Shown piece after piece: positions 8,769-18,838 of a DNA stretch of 64,000 nt. The stretch's first letter is position 1. Each line of letters starts with the position of its first letter. Under the pieces are notes generated by a model. That model was not told the DNA's origin. It did no database searches and saw nothing but the letters and a program-made list of their open reading frames with translations. Position numbers and translations under genes: made by a program. The stretch is taken from the NCBI GenBank assembly GCA_039111535.1, contig JBCCIM010000007.1:7165-71164 (forward strand), read 5' to 3'. The DNA comes from Bacteroidota bacterium (lineage in GTDB: Bacteria > Bacteroidota > Rhodothermia > Rhodothermales > JAHQVL01).

Positions 8769-9620
8769 ATGGGAGAAGGTGCAATTACCAAATTTATGAG
8801 CCTGGATGCTTTTCCTCAGCCGGAAATCATCCAGTTACAGTATCCTGTTGTATTGATGCACGGGTTTGGCATGGCCGGCTCATTCAGGCGCAGTGGTCAC
8901 ATGCACGACCTTGCCATGCACCTGCGTGCCCGTGGGGTACTCGCATACGCGCCCAACGTACCGCCTTACAATCCCGTCCCTGTGCGCGCCTCAATATGGC
9001 AGGAACGCCTCGCTTATGCGTTGCATGAAACCGGCGCTGAAAAGGTTAACCTTATCGCCCATTCTATGGGTGGGCTCGATGCGCGCTACATGATTTCTGT
9101 CAATGGTTGGCACGACCGGGTGGCCTCACTCACCACCATTGCGGCACCCCACCATGGCTCTTCCATCGCTGCGTTCCTGCTTGAGCAGCCGGAAAAATTC
9201 CGTGAATGGCTTAGCGAGTTTGCCAACTGGATGGGCACCAAAGTGATGCAAGACGTGGAATCAGACTTCCTCAACACCGTTACCGAACTTACCCCAGACC
9301 ACCTCTGCAACACATTTAATCCCAACGTACAGGATCACCCAGACGTGCACTATTGGTCGTATGCCGCGCAAGCCGGCAAAGAAACACCGGTAGGAATCAC
9401 ACCTTTCTTGCGCCCGCTCAACTATATCCTGTACGGCAGAGAAGGCCAAAACGATGGCTTTGTTTCTGTTGAAAGCGCCAAATGGGGGATCTTTTGCGGC
9501 GTTATTGAAGCGGACCATGCGCAACAGATTGGCCTCAACTTTCCAGCACTGCGAAGCACCTTTGACGCATCCGAATTCTTCTGCAAGTTAACAAACAACC
9601 TCGCTGCAGCTGGCTGCTAA
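8769..9620 (+). CDS. Alpha/beta-hydrolase, triacylglycerol lipase-like
   Basis: Nucleophile elbow IAHSMGG with an upstream VVLMHGFG oxyanion region. Confidence 0.7.
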   Translation: MGEGAITKFMSLDAFPQPEIIQLQYPVVLMHGFGMAGSFRRSGHMHDLAMHLRARGVLAYAPNVPPYNPVPVRASIWQERLAYALHETGAEKVNLIAHSMGGLDARYMISVNGWHDRVASLTTIAAPHHGSSIAAFLLEQPEKFREWLSEFANWMGTKVMQDVESDFLNTVTELTPDHLCNTFNPNVQDHPDVHYWSYAAQAGKETPVGITPFLRPLNYILYGREGQNDGFVSVESAKWGIFCGVIEADHAQQIGLNFPALRSTFDASEFFCKLTNNLAAAGC

Positions 9621-9698
9621 TCCTGCAATACAACAAAAGGCCCGACAAAACTGCCAGGCCCTTTGGTATCCAATTTAAATCATGCTGTAAGCAGCAGA

Positions 9699-11633
9699 TT
9701 ACATGCTCGGTTTGATTTCAAGGAGCCATGCATCACTTGGGAAGTCGCTGCCATAACGAGACTTGTCAGCCTGCGCCAGCGAACGGCTGCTGTACTGCCC
9801 AATCGCAATACGGTAGCGAACAACACCACCTGATTCACCTGAGAGTACATCCACGCTGATTCCCTGCCGATAGAGGGCCATATACGTATTAGCCAGCTCC
9901 TCAGCTTCCTCCATGGAGGTCCGAGACGCGACAATCCACGTCCACCCGCCGAGACTGCGTTTGATGGAGCCAAGCCATTCTGGCAAGACGTTAGGTTCTG
10001 TAAACGTTTCAACAACTTGCGCAATCGGTGGCTCTTCGACAGGCGCCGGCGTCAGATCAGGTACCGGTACGGAGACGTTGACGCCTCCATTGGGCGAACC
10101 GACAACGGTATTTGTTGGCGCTGTATTCACCGGCATTTCGCCCTCGGATGCGGCTGTTACTTCTTCAGCTGGCAACGAGGTTGGCGGTGGGGTAATCACT
10201 TGCTGCTCTGTATTAGGCAGTGTCACCTCTTCTACCGGTGGGACAGGCACTTCAGCAACGCCGCCTCCCCGGTTAATGTCAACCTGTGTCGGTACGGCTG
10301 CAAATTGTGCACTCAGTACTTCAGTAAAGCCACCAAAGCCATCATCGGTCACAACCATCGCTGTTTGTCCCCCATAGTGGTTCGGTACAGGATCGTTCAC
10401 AGAACGCTGCCGGCCCGGGAAAACGTAGTATTGCTCGCCATCTGCAAACACGCCTAGCGCAGGCTCTTTCAGTTGGCTTTCAGAGTAAAACTCAGGGTCA
10501 AAATAGCCCTCATAAGCCGGGTGAATCAGCAGGTATTCCGAATCCACACCATACGACTGCAACATGGCCTGCATCAGGCTTGTGATCTGGTATGCATTCC
10601 CTTCGCGTTTAGACAACAACACATCGAGACTGCGGTGCTGGCTTCCTTCGACAAGTTGGATATTGTCTTGTACAAACCCGAGAGCACGTTCAACGCGATC
10701 AAGTTCACTGGATGCGCCACCAAGCATTTGATCTGCCGCCTTTTTGACAGCGCGAGAAGGCTTGTCGTTTGGTGCAATTGCAAATTTGCTGTAATCGTCG
10801 GCAAAGTCGGTCCAATCTTCAGGCGCGCGGTACTTCACAGCACTACCCATCGACATGTTGCTCACCTGCAACTGGAAATAGGGTGCAACCTGCTTGAAGT
10901 AAGGCGACGTATTGGTCTGCTGAAACGCCGGCACATTCTGGTCAGCGTATTGCAGAATGATCTTGCGACGATCCTGGTCTTCAATCCGATCATACCTGAG
11001 CGGCTGATTCAAGCTCAGGTTCTTTACCTGCACCTGCCACCAGATGGGATAGATATACTGAAAGTCGAGGTTCTGGACAGGAATATCATACTGGAGCCGA
11101 ACATCGTGGCTGACAGGCGGATTGCGTTCCAGATCACCGCGTGTAAGTTCATACTTTTCTGTGATGACCGTACCGGCAGCTACATTGGCATAGTCTAGCG
11201 TATACACCATTTCGCCTTCCGCACCTGTCTGGGCAACGAGGTCGTCTTTTGTGAAGGTCCGACTGGAAGCACCTGGTGCATTAAGTGTAATGGCAGCCTG
11301 CTGCAATTTGCTGTTCGAGGATACATCGAGGCGAAACTCGCGCACGGCCGGCCCACCTGGGTTGAAGACCACAAAGCTGCGGTCAACGATCTCATAAAAT
11401 TTCCAATGTGGAATGGTACTCGTAAAAGCAATGCTCACATTGTGTTCGAGGGCCTGATTGTAGTTCAGATAGACACCATCAACATTGCCATATTGGGACT
11501 GGAGCGTTGCAAGGTTATTGCTGGGTAACTGCACACCTCCTATAGAATCAGAGGGGAAATGTACCACGCGTTCGGTTGTGTTACACGAAGTCAACACGAA
11601 CACAAAAAGGAGTAGAAAGAGAGGTGATCTCAT
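9699..11633 (-). CDS. Lipoprotein: DUF3857/transglutaminase-like (no catalytic Cys) + Pro/Thr/Val-rich linker + C-terminal SPOR domain
   Basis: The ORF runs to 11753, but the ATG at 11633 gives the signal MRSPLFLLLFVFVLTSC. The C-terminus WTWIVASRTSMEEAEELA...YRIAIGQYSSRSLAQ fits SPOR. Paralog of 16363-18639. Confidence 0.7.
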   Translation of the reverse strand: MRSPLFLLLFVFVLTSCNTTERVVHFPSDSIGGVQLPSNNLATLQSQYGNVDGVYLNYNQALEHNVSIAFTSTIPHWKFYEIVDRSFVVFNPGGPAVREFRLDVSSNSKLQQAAITLNAPGASSRTFTKDDLVAQTGAEGEMVYTLDYANVAAGTVITEKYELTRGDLERNPPVSHDVRLQYDIPVQNLDFQYIYPIWWQVQVKNLSLNQPLRYDRIEDQDRRKIILQYADQNVPAFQQTNTSPYFKQVAPYFQLQVSNMSMGSAVKYRAPEDWTDFADDYSKFAIAPNDKPSRAVKKAADQMLGGASSELDRVERALGFVQDNIQLVEGSQHRSLDVLLSKREGNAYQITSLMQAMLQSYGVDSEYLLIHPAYEGYFDPEFYSESQLKEPALGVFADGEQYYVFPGRQRSVNDPVPNHYGGQTAMVVTDDGFGGFTEVLSAQFAAVPTQVDINRGGGVAEVPVPPVEEVTLPNTEQQVITPPPTSLPAEEVTAASEGEMPVNTAPTNTVVGSPNGGVNVSVPVPDLTPAPVEEPPIAQVVETFTEPNVLPEWLGSIKRSLGGWTWIVASRTSMEEAEELANTYMALYRQGISVDVLSGESGGVVRYRIAIGQYSSRSLAQADKSRYGSDFPSDAWLLEIKPSM

Positions 11634-12120
11634 GGGAGTATTTAACAAAATTGGCTCAATAATAATGCTTTTTGAGAAAAGCCTGTTTGTTTGATTAATG
11701 CCCTGTTGTTTCGATGCTGGATCAATTGTACATGGAATTCGCAAGGCAAGCATGTCAATCCTTCAACTAGCATTCGTTACAGTCTGTCAACAAAGCTAAA
11801 TGGTTAACAGGCTGCCCTTGTTTTTTATTGATTGGGAGTATGATACGTGCCAGCGTAGAATTTGATCGTGGCGGGCAGCAGCACAGTATCAGCAATCAAC
11901 CGTATAAAAAAATACAGCCAACTTCATGCCAAGCCGGCTCATCTCAGGCAAGTGGCAGCGTTACCAATCAACACATTAGGCCACCAATAAAAACCCTGTA
12001 AAAAAGAAAGGATGTGCATAGATCAGATTACAAACGGTCTTAAATCTTGTTTTTGGAGAAGAATCGCTGTTATTTATGAGCACTTGCCCTCCCCTTGGCA
12101 TTCTTATAGGTTATGTAGCC

Positions 12121-14649
12121 ATGGCCCGTTTCCTCCTGTTTGCACTCCTTTTGCTCTTTACCGGCTGCAGGTCGGACCTGCCGCGTGATGTCGCCCGCGC
12201 CTACCGGGACCTACCGGACCAGGTTGATTTCAACTTTGACGTACAACCGATCCTTTCAGACCGTTGTTATGCCTGCCACGGCCCGGATGAGAATGCGCGA
12301 GAAGCCGACTTGCGGCTTGATATTGAATCAGCAGCAATGGCGGAGCTCCCGGAGACAGGTAACCGTGCTATTGTGCCGACGTCTTCAGGCGAAAGTGCGC
12401 TGATAAAACGCATCCTGCACGATGACCCGGAGGAGTTGATGCCACCGCCAGCGTCGAAAATGGCACTCTCAAGCAGGGAGCAAGCTATCCTGGTTAAATG
12501 GATCGAACAGGGGGCCGCATACAAAACGCATTGGGCTTTTGAGGCACCTGCTTACCCGCCCATCCCGGACAACAATACAACCTGGGGCAATAACGAAATT
12601 GATGCATTTATCCTCAAACGGCTCCAGGCAAGCAATCTCAAGCCGGCGCAAGCTGCAGACCAGGCAACGCTGCTGCGCAGGGTCTCGCTAGACCTCACCG
12701 GCCTCCCCCCCACCATTGAGGCGCTGGATCAATTTCTGGCTGATGAGACCCCAGGCGCCTACGAGCAAGCGGTAGACGCACTCATTGCATCTCCGGCGTA
12801 CGGACAGCGCTGGGCATGGGACTGGCTGGATGTTGCCAGATACGCGGATACAAACGGATTTCAAGGCGATCCGACGCGCTCCATGTGGCCCTGGCGAGAC
12901 TGGGTTGTTGAGGCAATCAACGACAACATGCCTTTCGACCAGTTTACAAAAGAGCAATTGGCAGGCGACCTGCTCCCCGAAGCTTCCTCACAACAGATTC
13001 TTGCCACCGCCTTCAACCGAAACCACATGTACAATGGAGAAGGCGGTCGTATCCCCGAGGAAACCCGCGTAGAGAACGTCTTTGACCGCGTGGAAACCCT
13101 GGGTACGACGTGGCTCGGGCTAACGGTCAATTGTAGCAGATGCCACGATCACAAATATGACCCGCTCACGCAGCAGGAATACTACCAACTGTTTGACTAT
13201 TTCAATCAGACTTCTGAAGAAGGCGGTATTTCCAGTGGCAGGGTCCCGCCTTACCTCGATATGAGCGATGCTGCAAATAAGAAAGTCACTGCCGGCTTGA
13301 AGGCAACGCTTGACAAAGCTGCAGATCGGGTGTTCGAGGCGGAGCTGGTAATTTTTCCACGGCCGGCAGGAGAGAGCGCAGCAACCTCTCCAAACGCACG
13401 CGGCTTAATTGGAGAGAATGTTGATGCCTTGCGTATACATCCAGGCAAACGCAGCGGATATTACAACGGCTTGCTTATCAAAGCATTTGAAGAAAGCCGA
13501 CCAGCATACACGCAACTCCTCAGCACCCTGCAAGAGGCAGCATCGGCACATGCCAGGCAACTCAATACCAGCCTGCTTGTCATGGTGATGGACGAAATAG
13601 AAGAGCCAAGGGAAACGTTTGTCCTGACCAGGGGCGGGTACGATAAACCTGCTGAATTGAAAGCTGAGATGAATGTGCCGGCATTCCTGCCTCCGTTGCC
13701 CAACACAGCACCAACAAACCGACTTGGGCTGGCAGAATGGGTTGTTTCAGATGAAAATCCATTAACGGCCCGCGTTACGGTAAACCGAATCTGGCAATCG
13801 TTTTTTGGTACCGGGCTTGTAAAAACAACTGAAGACTTTGGCATCCAGGGTGAAAAACCTTCGCACCCTGAATTGCTGGATTGGCTTGCGCTAGACTTTA
13901 GAGATAGCGGGTGGGACGTTAAAGCGCTGCACAAAAAAATTGTAATGAGCGCCACCTATCAACAGGCGTCTCATGTAGCCCCCTCCCTGCTTGAAGCAGA
14001 CCCTGAGAACAGACTCCTTGCGCGAGGCCCCCGCTATCGCTTGCCTTCCTGGATGATTCGTGATGTTGCACTGGCTGCAAGCGGACTGTTAACCGAAAAA
14101 GCCGGCGGACCTTCCGTGAAACCCTACCAGCCCGCGGGGATTTGGCAGGAAGCCACCTTTGGGCAAATCAAATATGAACAAGATTCAGGGCAAGACCTTT
14201 ACCGGCGTACGCTCTACACGTTTTGGCGCCGCATCGTTGGCCCCACCATGTTGTTCGACACAGCCAGCCGGCAGACGTGCTCTGTAAAGTCTCCTCTGAC
14301 CAACACGCCGCTTCACGCCTTAACAACCCTGAACGACATAACCTATGTAGAAGCTGCCCGCGTAATGGCCGCCAGGGTGATGGCACAGGCAGAGACAGAT
14401 GAGGCAAGAATTGAACGTGCCTACCGGCTTGCAACAGCCAGATTGCCCCGTGCTGCTGAAAAAGATATTCTGCTAGGTAGGCTGCACGCATTGCGTGCGC
14501 AATACAAAGCAGCACCTGAAGCAGCAGCAAAAATCATTGCAGCCGGCGAAGCACCCGTCAATGAAACGTTCGACCCTGTTGAACAGGCCGCATTTGCCGG
14601 ACTTTGCTCGCTTATTCTCAACCTTGATGAAACACTTACTAAACACTGA
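12121..14649 (+). CDS. PSCyt1/PSCyt2/PSD1 protein (planctomycete-type cytochrome c domain + DUF1549 + DUF1553)
   Basis: CYACHGPDENAREADLRLD heme-binding CxxCH near the N-terminus. Conserved WAWDWLDVARYADTNG and CSRCHDHKYDP blocks. The ORF opens at 12076; the ATG at 12121 gives the signal MARFLLFALLLLFTGC. Confidence 0.85.
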   Translation: MARFLLFALLLLFTGCRSDLPRDVARAYRDLPDQVDFNFDVQPILSDRCYACHGPDENAREADLRLDIESAAMAELPETGNRAIVPTSSGESALIKRILHDDPEELMPPPASKMALSSREQAILVKWIEQGAAYKTHWAFEAPAYPPIPDNNTTWGNNEIDAFILKRLQASNLKPAQAADQATLLRRVSLDLTGLPPTIEALDQFLADETPGAYEQAVDALIASPAYGQRWAWDWLDVARYADTNGFQGDPTRSMWPWRDWVVEAINDNMPFDQFTKEQLAGDLLPEASSQQILATAFNRNHMYNGEGGRIPEETRVENVFDRVETLGTTWLGLTVNCSRCHDHKYDPLTQQEYYQLFDYFNQTSEEGGISSGRVPPYLDMSDAANKKVTAGLKATLDKAADRVFEAELVIFPRPAGESAATSPNARGLIGENVDALRIHPGKRSGYYNGLLIKAFEESRPAYTQLLSTLQEAASAHARQLNTSLLVMVMDEIEEPRETFVLTRGGYDKPAELKAEMNVPAFLPPLPNTAPTNRLGLAEWVVSDENPLTARVTVNRIWQSFFGTGLVKTTEDFGIQGEKPSHPELLDWLALDFRDSGWDVKALHKKIVMSATYQQASHVAPSLLEADPENRLLARGPRYRLPSWMIRDVALAASGLLTEKAGGPSVKPYQPAGIWQEATFGQIKYEQDSGQDLYRRTLYTFWRRIVGPTMLFDTASRQTCSVKSPLTNTPLHALTTLNDITYVEAARVMAARVMAQAETDEARIERAYRLATARLPRAAEKDILLGRLHALRAQYKAAPEAAAKIIAAGEAPVNETFDPVEQAAFAGLCSLILNLDETLTKH

Positions 14650-14749
14650 GGAGTGAGCAGGAGACGCGTAAATGAAAAAATGCGACTATCTGGAATCACA
14701 GAACGGTGTGTGGTGCACGTACCCAACGCTTAACTTGCAAAATTGAACA

Positions 14750-16228
14750 ATGAATCCATTAGAAGAACGCTCTGCGCATCTTTCTCGGCGGCAATTTTTT
14801 GGGCGCGCCGCAACGGGTATTGGAGGTGCTGCACTCGCCAGCTTGTTGTATAAAACCGGGTTTGCCTCCCCCCTGGATGCCCCAGCTACTGATGCGATCC
14901 AGAGCACCCTCAGTGCAGAATTGCGACATTTTGCGCCAAAAGCAAAACGGGTAATTTACCTCTTCCAAAACGGTGCGCCCAGCCATGTCGATCTGTTCGA
15001 TCACAAACCCGAGTTGCGCAAGTGGGTTGGTACCCAGATACCCGATGAAGTGGTCGGCAATGCCCGCTTTAGCACCATGACGAGTGGGCAATCAGACCGT
15101 CCCGTTCTACCTGAAATCACCAATTTTGCGCAGCATGGCGACTCGGGCGCCTGGATATCCGACTTCTTGCCTTATACAGCAGAAATTGCTGATGAACTCT
15201 GTTTCATCAAATCGATGCACACCGAAGCAGTGAACCATGCCCCTGCCATCACGTTTTTTCTGACGGGGTCTGAAATGGCTGGCCGACCCAGCATGGGTGC
15301 GTGGTTGTCTTACGGCCTCGGCAGCATGAACGAAGACTTGCCGGCCTTTGTTGTGATGACCTCAGTAGACAAAGAAGCCAGTTGCGGGCAGATTTTCTAC
15401 GACTATTATTGGGGCAGTGGATTCCTGCCCTCCAAACTCCAGGGCGTAAAATTTCGCGGCTCGGGCGATCCTGTGCTCTACCTCTCCAATCCCGAAGGCA
15501 TGAGCAGCGAAATCAGACGAGGTATTCTCGATGACATCGCGCAGCTAAACGAACTCAGCTTACAGGACTATGGAGACCCTGAAATTGCCACCCGTATTGC
15601 GCAATACGAAATGGCGTACCGCATGCAAACCAGCGTCCCGGAGCTAACCGATTTTTCGGATGAACCCCAGCATATCCTCGATATGTACGGTCCGGATGTA
15701 CACCGGCAGGGCAGCTATGCCTACAACTGCCTGATGGCCCGTCGACTGGCTGAGCGAGGTACGCGGTTTATTCAACTCATGCACGCCGGCTGGGACCAGC
15801 ATCGCAACCTCAACCACCAGCTCAAAATCCAATGCACAGACACCGATGCCCCAAGCGCCGCGCTGGTCAAAGACCTCAAACAACGAGGCATGCTTGAGGA
15901 CACGCTTGTCATCTGGGGTGGCGAGTTTGGCCGCACCCCTTTCCTGCAGGGAAAAATAGAAAACAAAAAGAATTGGGGCCGCGATCATCATCCGTATGCA
16001 TTTACCATCTGGATGGCCGGTGGCGGCGTAAAACCCGGGATTTCTTATGGCGCTTCAGATGCGTTTGGTTTTAACGCTGTGGAAAACAAGGTGCATGTAC
16101 ACGACTTCCAGGCTACGATTTTACATTTACTCGGCATAGATCACGAGCGGCTGACGTTCAAACACCAGGGCCGGCACTACCGATTGACAGATGTGCACGG
16201 AGAGGTGGTAAGGGCCGTGATTGCCTAG
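14750..16228 (+). CDS. DUF1501 protein (sulfatase/alkaline-phosphatase-superfamily-like, Tat signal)
   Basis: SRRQFFGRAATGIGGAALASLL twin-arginine signal and WGRDHHP near the C-terminus. Follows the PSD1 gene, which is the usual pairing. Confidence 0.85.
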   Translation: MNPLEERSAHLSRRQFFGRAATGIGGAALASLLYKTGFASPLDAPATDAIQSTLSAELRHFAPKAKRVIYLFQNGAPSHVDLFDHKPELRKWVGTQIPDEVVGNARFSTMTSGQSDRPVLPEITNFAQHGDSGAWISDFLPYTAEIADELCFIKSMHTEAVNHAPAITFFLTGSEMAGRPSMGAWLSYGLGSMNEDLPAFVVMTSVDKEASCGQIFYDYYWGSGFLPSKLQGVKFRGSGDPVLYLSNPEGMSSEIRRGILDDIAQLNELSLQDYGDPEIATRIAQYEMAYRMQTSVPELTDFSDEPQHILDMYGPDVHRQGSYAYNCLMARRLAERGTRFIQLMHAGWDQHRNLNHQLKIQCTDTDAPSAALVKDLKQRGMLEDTLVIWGGEFGRTPFLQGKIENKKNWGRDHHPYAFTIWMAGGGVKPGISYGASDAFGFNAVENKVHVHDFQATILHLLGIDHERLTFKHQGRHYRLTDVHGEVVRAVIA

Positions 16229-16292
16229 CTGCAGAAGGCGGGATTGCACCCTGGTTCAGGCGCTTTCCAAAAGCAACAATACATCAAAACAA

Positions 16293-16327
16293 CAAACGCC
16301 TGCCCCTCACAAGAGAGCAGACGTTTG
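16293..16327. terminator. Hairpin between convergent genes (possible bidirectional terminator)
   Basis: CAAACGCCTGC / GCAGACGTTTG: 11-bp stem with one mismatch and a 13-nt loop. Confidence 0.4.
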
Positions 16328-16362
16328 TAGGCAACGCGATACAATCAGAATCTTAATAAACG

Positions 16363-18639
16363 TTACTGCATGACCGGGCCGGGTTTGCCAGTCACAGCAG
16401 TCATTTGTGGCTTGAGGGACAGCATCCAGGCGTCAAAAGGGAGTGCTTCACCAAGCGTTTCGCGCGCCGACTCGATGCCCGTCCGCGTTGCAAAGGTACC
16501 GAGAACCAGGCGGTATGCATTGGCCTCGCTGCCATCCATCAATACATTGATGTCAAAGCCCTTCTCAGCGAGTTCTTCCCGGTATTTGGAAGCTTCTTGC
16601 TCAGCTTCTTCGACGGAAGCAAAGGTTTGGATAACCAGCGTCCATGGGCCACCGGGCTCAACCTCTACTCCCTCCCCAGCATCGGTGAATATTGGCATCG
16701 TTGTCATTTCCAGCATCGGCAAAGCAGCGCGAGCCGGCAGGCGGATAACATCGTTTGAAGCCACTTGCAACGGTTGTACCGCATTGCGTTCCAGCGCCAG
16801 GGCCTGGTCTACTTGCAGGAATCCGGGCTGCGTTTTAACCTTGCGCGTAAATCGACCTCCAATGACGGTTTCAGCTGCTTCCTGTACATCGGTAAGCAGG
16901 GTCCATGCTGCAGGATAGCTGATGGCTACCGTGTTTTTCAGCACCATCGTTTCGCCCGAGGCAGACCCCAGCCGGCGGGGTGCACGCGTTAGCACCGTGC
17001 CGTTGTGCATGGCGTCAAACAACCCACAGGATTCGAATACAACCGTTTCATCTTCCTGAGCAACACAATCGTCCAGTGCATAGGTAACCTCAACGCGCGT
17101 CGGATTATCCCAAGAACCAGGTGCAATATTGTAGGTCAATTCGTCAACCTGCGTATCACTATGTGGCAACAGCGTTTTAACCATATGGCCTTCGTCTTCG
17201 CGTGCTAGACCATGGAAAAACTGGTATGCAGCATGGTGTCCCATTTCGAGGGTTGCTTCAACGCGGGCATCACCGTCTGCATTGATGAATACATCGTAGG
17301 CGTTGTTGTCTGCATACGACGCAGCGTTGGCCTGGGAAATGGTCGTAAATCCTTCAAAGTCACCCTCGACATACCGCAATGCCGGTTGCTCTTCAAAAAC
17401 GGAGGGTACATAGGCTGCCGGCACATGGTCAAGTGCAGGAAAGAGATAAACCTGCTGCCCTGCCACTTCGGCTTCCAGTACCGGGTGATACAACTGCTCG
17501 CCGGAAACAAACTCAGCGTCAAAATTACCCCCCTGTGCGGAATGCGCCACCAGGTAATTTGAGACAATGCCGGCACGGTCCATGAGGGCTTGTGCATAAG
17601 TAGCAATTGCATAAGGATTGCCTTTGCCATTCTTCACGACGTCTTCCAGGCCACGACGCGGATGCGGTGTAATGTCTGCTCTGACATGCGTGAGGATGGC
17701 ATCTATTTTCATTTGATCAGACGCGTGCTCGTCGAGTGCCAGGTCGCGGAATGCTTTGTCGATACCGGCTTTAACTTTGCGACCCGGGGTGCGGGCGTGA
17801 ACGGCATAGCTCCTTGCAATGGTCTCCCACGCATCCGGGGCTTCGTATGCCAATACGTTCCCAACTTCCATATCCAGCACCTGAACGTGGAAGTATGGGG
17901 CTACTTCTTTCAAATACGGGCCAAAAGGCTGTGATGCAAACGCCGGCACTTTGGAAGCGCGGTAATGCAGTGTTTTCGTTTCAGCCTTGTCATCAGCTGA
18001 CTCAGAAAGAAACAGGTCGCGCTGCTCGCCAATCTGCTTTACCTGTACATCCCAGTCGCGGGGGTAGGTATACGCAAAGGCCATATCTAGGGCCGGCTTA
18101 TCGAGTTGAAAAGCCACATCATGGCTCAGCGGTAAGCGTTTGTACAGGTCGCCACGTTCAATTTCATACGCAGCTTCAACAATGCTGCCAGCCGGGATAC
18201 CTTCAACTACAATCCGAAACAGAGAAGAGTCTCCTCCCATCCGATCGCGTTTCAACGCTGACTTCTTGTACCCGAAGGTGATACCATCCGGCTGGATGAC
18301 TTTGTACGTAAGGTCACGGATTTTCTCGTATGAGGCCAGCGGGATCTGAAACAGCTCCTGCTCATCTCCAGGTGTGTCTTCCAAACGCATTTCGCGCCAG
18401 TGATACGACTCAAAGAAGTACCAGCGCGGGGCATTGTTTTTGAAATCAGGTTTCAGGTCGTTGGCGATATCGTGCTTATAAAAGAGATAGACGCCGGCGT
18501 CGTCGGGATATTGGCGTTGCAGGGTAGCCAGGTTGACCGGACTTTCTTCTTCCATCAACCCGTAAAGCACGGGACGTTTTGACGTGTGGCACCCTACCAA
18601 AAAGAGTGCAATGAGGGTTAGTCCCCAGAATTTTTTCAT
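16363..18639 (-). CDS. Lipoprotein: DUF3857/transglutaminase-like (no catalytic Cys) + C-terminal SPOR domain
   Basis: Signal MKKFWGLTLIALFLVGC. C-terminus WTLVIQTFASVEEAEQEA...YRLVLGTFATRTGIESA fits SPOR. Shares blocks with 9699-11633 (YELTRGDLERNPPVSHDV vs YEIERGDLYKRLPLSHDV). Confidence 0.7.
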   Translation of the reverse strand: MKKFWGLTLIALFLVGCHTSKRPVLYGLMEEESPVNLATLQRQYPDDAGVYLFYKHDIANDLKPDFKNNAPRWYFFESYHWREMRLEDTPGDEQELFQIPLASYEKIRDLTYKVIQPDGITFGYKKSALKRDRMGGDSSLFRIVVEGIPAGSIVEAAYEIERGDLYKRLPLSHDVAFQLDKPALDMAFAYTYPRDWDVQVKQIGEQRDLFLSESADDKAETKTLHYRASKVPAFASQPFGPYLKEVAPYFHVQVLDMEVGNVLAYEAPDAWETIARSYAVHARTPGRKVKAGIDKAFRDLALDEHASDQMKIDAILTHVRADITPHPRRGLEDVVKNGKGNPYAIATYAQALMDRAGIVSNYLVAHSAQGGNFDAEFVSGEQLYHPVLEAEVAGQQVYLFPALDHVPAAYVPSVFEEQPALRYVEGDFEGFTTISQANAASYADNNAYDVFINADGDARVEATLEMGHHAAYQFFHGLAREDEGHMVKTLLPHSDTQVDELTYNIAPGSWDNPTRVEVTYALDDCVAQEDETVVFESCGLFDAMHNGTVLTRAPRRLGSASGETMVLKNTVAISYPAAWTLLTDVQEAAETVIGGRFTRKVKTQPGFLQVDQALALERNAVQPLQVASNDVIRLPARAALPMLEMTTMPIFTDAGEGVEVEPGGPWTLVIQTFASVEEAEQEASKYREELAEKGFDINVLMDGSEANAYRLVLGTFATRTGIESARETLGEALPFDAWMLSLKPQMTAVTGKPGPVMQ

Positions 18640-18738
18640 GACCGCGGTTCTTATAGAGTAGCTTGAACAGACTTCTCGATAAGAATCGTCTGGTTTACCG
18701 TTTGCTTAAAGGTGCAACTGGGTTTAGGCGGTCTTAGG

Positions 18739-18776
18739 CACAAACAAATCAATTCCCAAGGATTGATTTGTTTGTG
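18739..18776 (-). terminator. Perfect 15-bp hairpin downstream of 18839-19654
   Basis: CACAAACAAATCAAT tcccaagg ATTGATTTGTTTGTG. No clear U-tract follows. Confidence 0.45.
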
Positions 18777-18838
18777 GGTAGAAGGTTGCAGATTGAAAGT
18801 GCTTTGCGTTTTGCAATCGGTTTGAGGTAGGTCTACAC

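Noticed and set aside
9621-9698. Possible bidirectional terminator between the lipase and the SPOR lipoprotein (AAAGGCCCGAC...CAGGCCCTTT).
   Set aside because: The arms do not pair cleanly (only about 4-6 bp with mismatches). Not enough to call.
11634-12120. A 487-nt divergent intergenic region, inspected for an sRNA or small gene.
   Set aside because: Only weak, imperfect hairpins and no convincing small ORF. It is treated as a shared promoter region.
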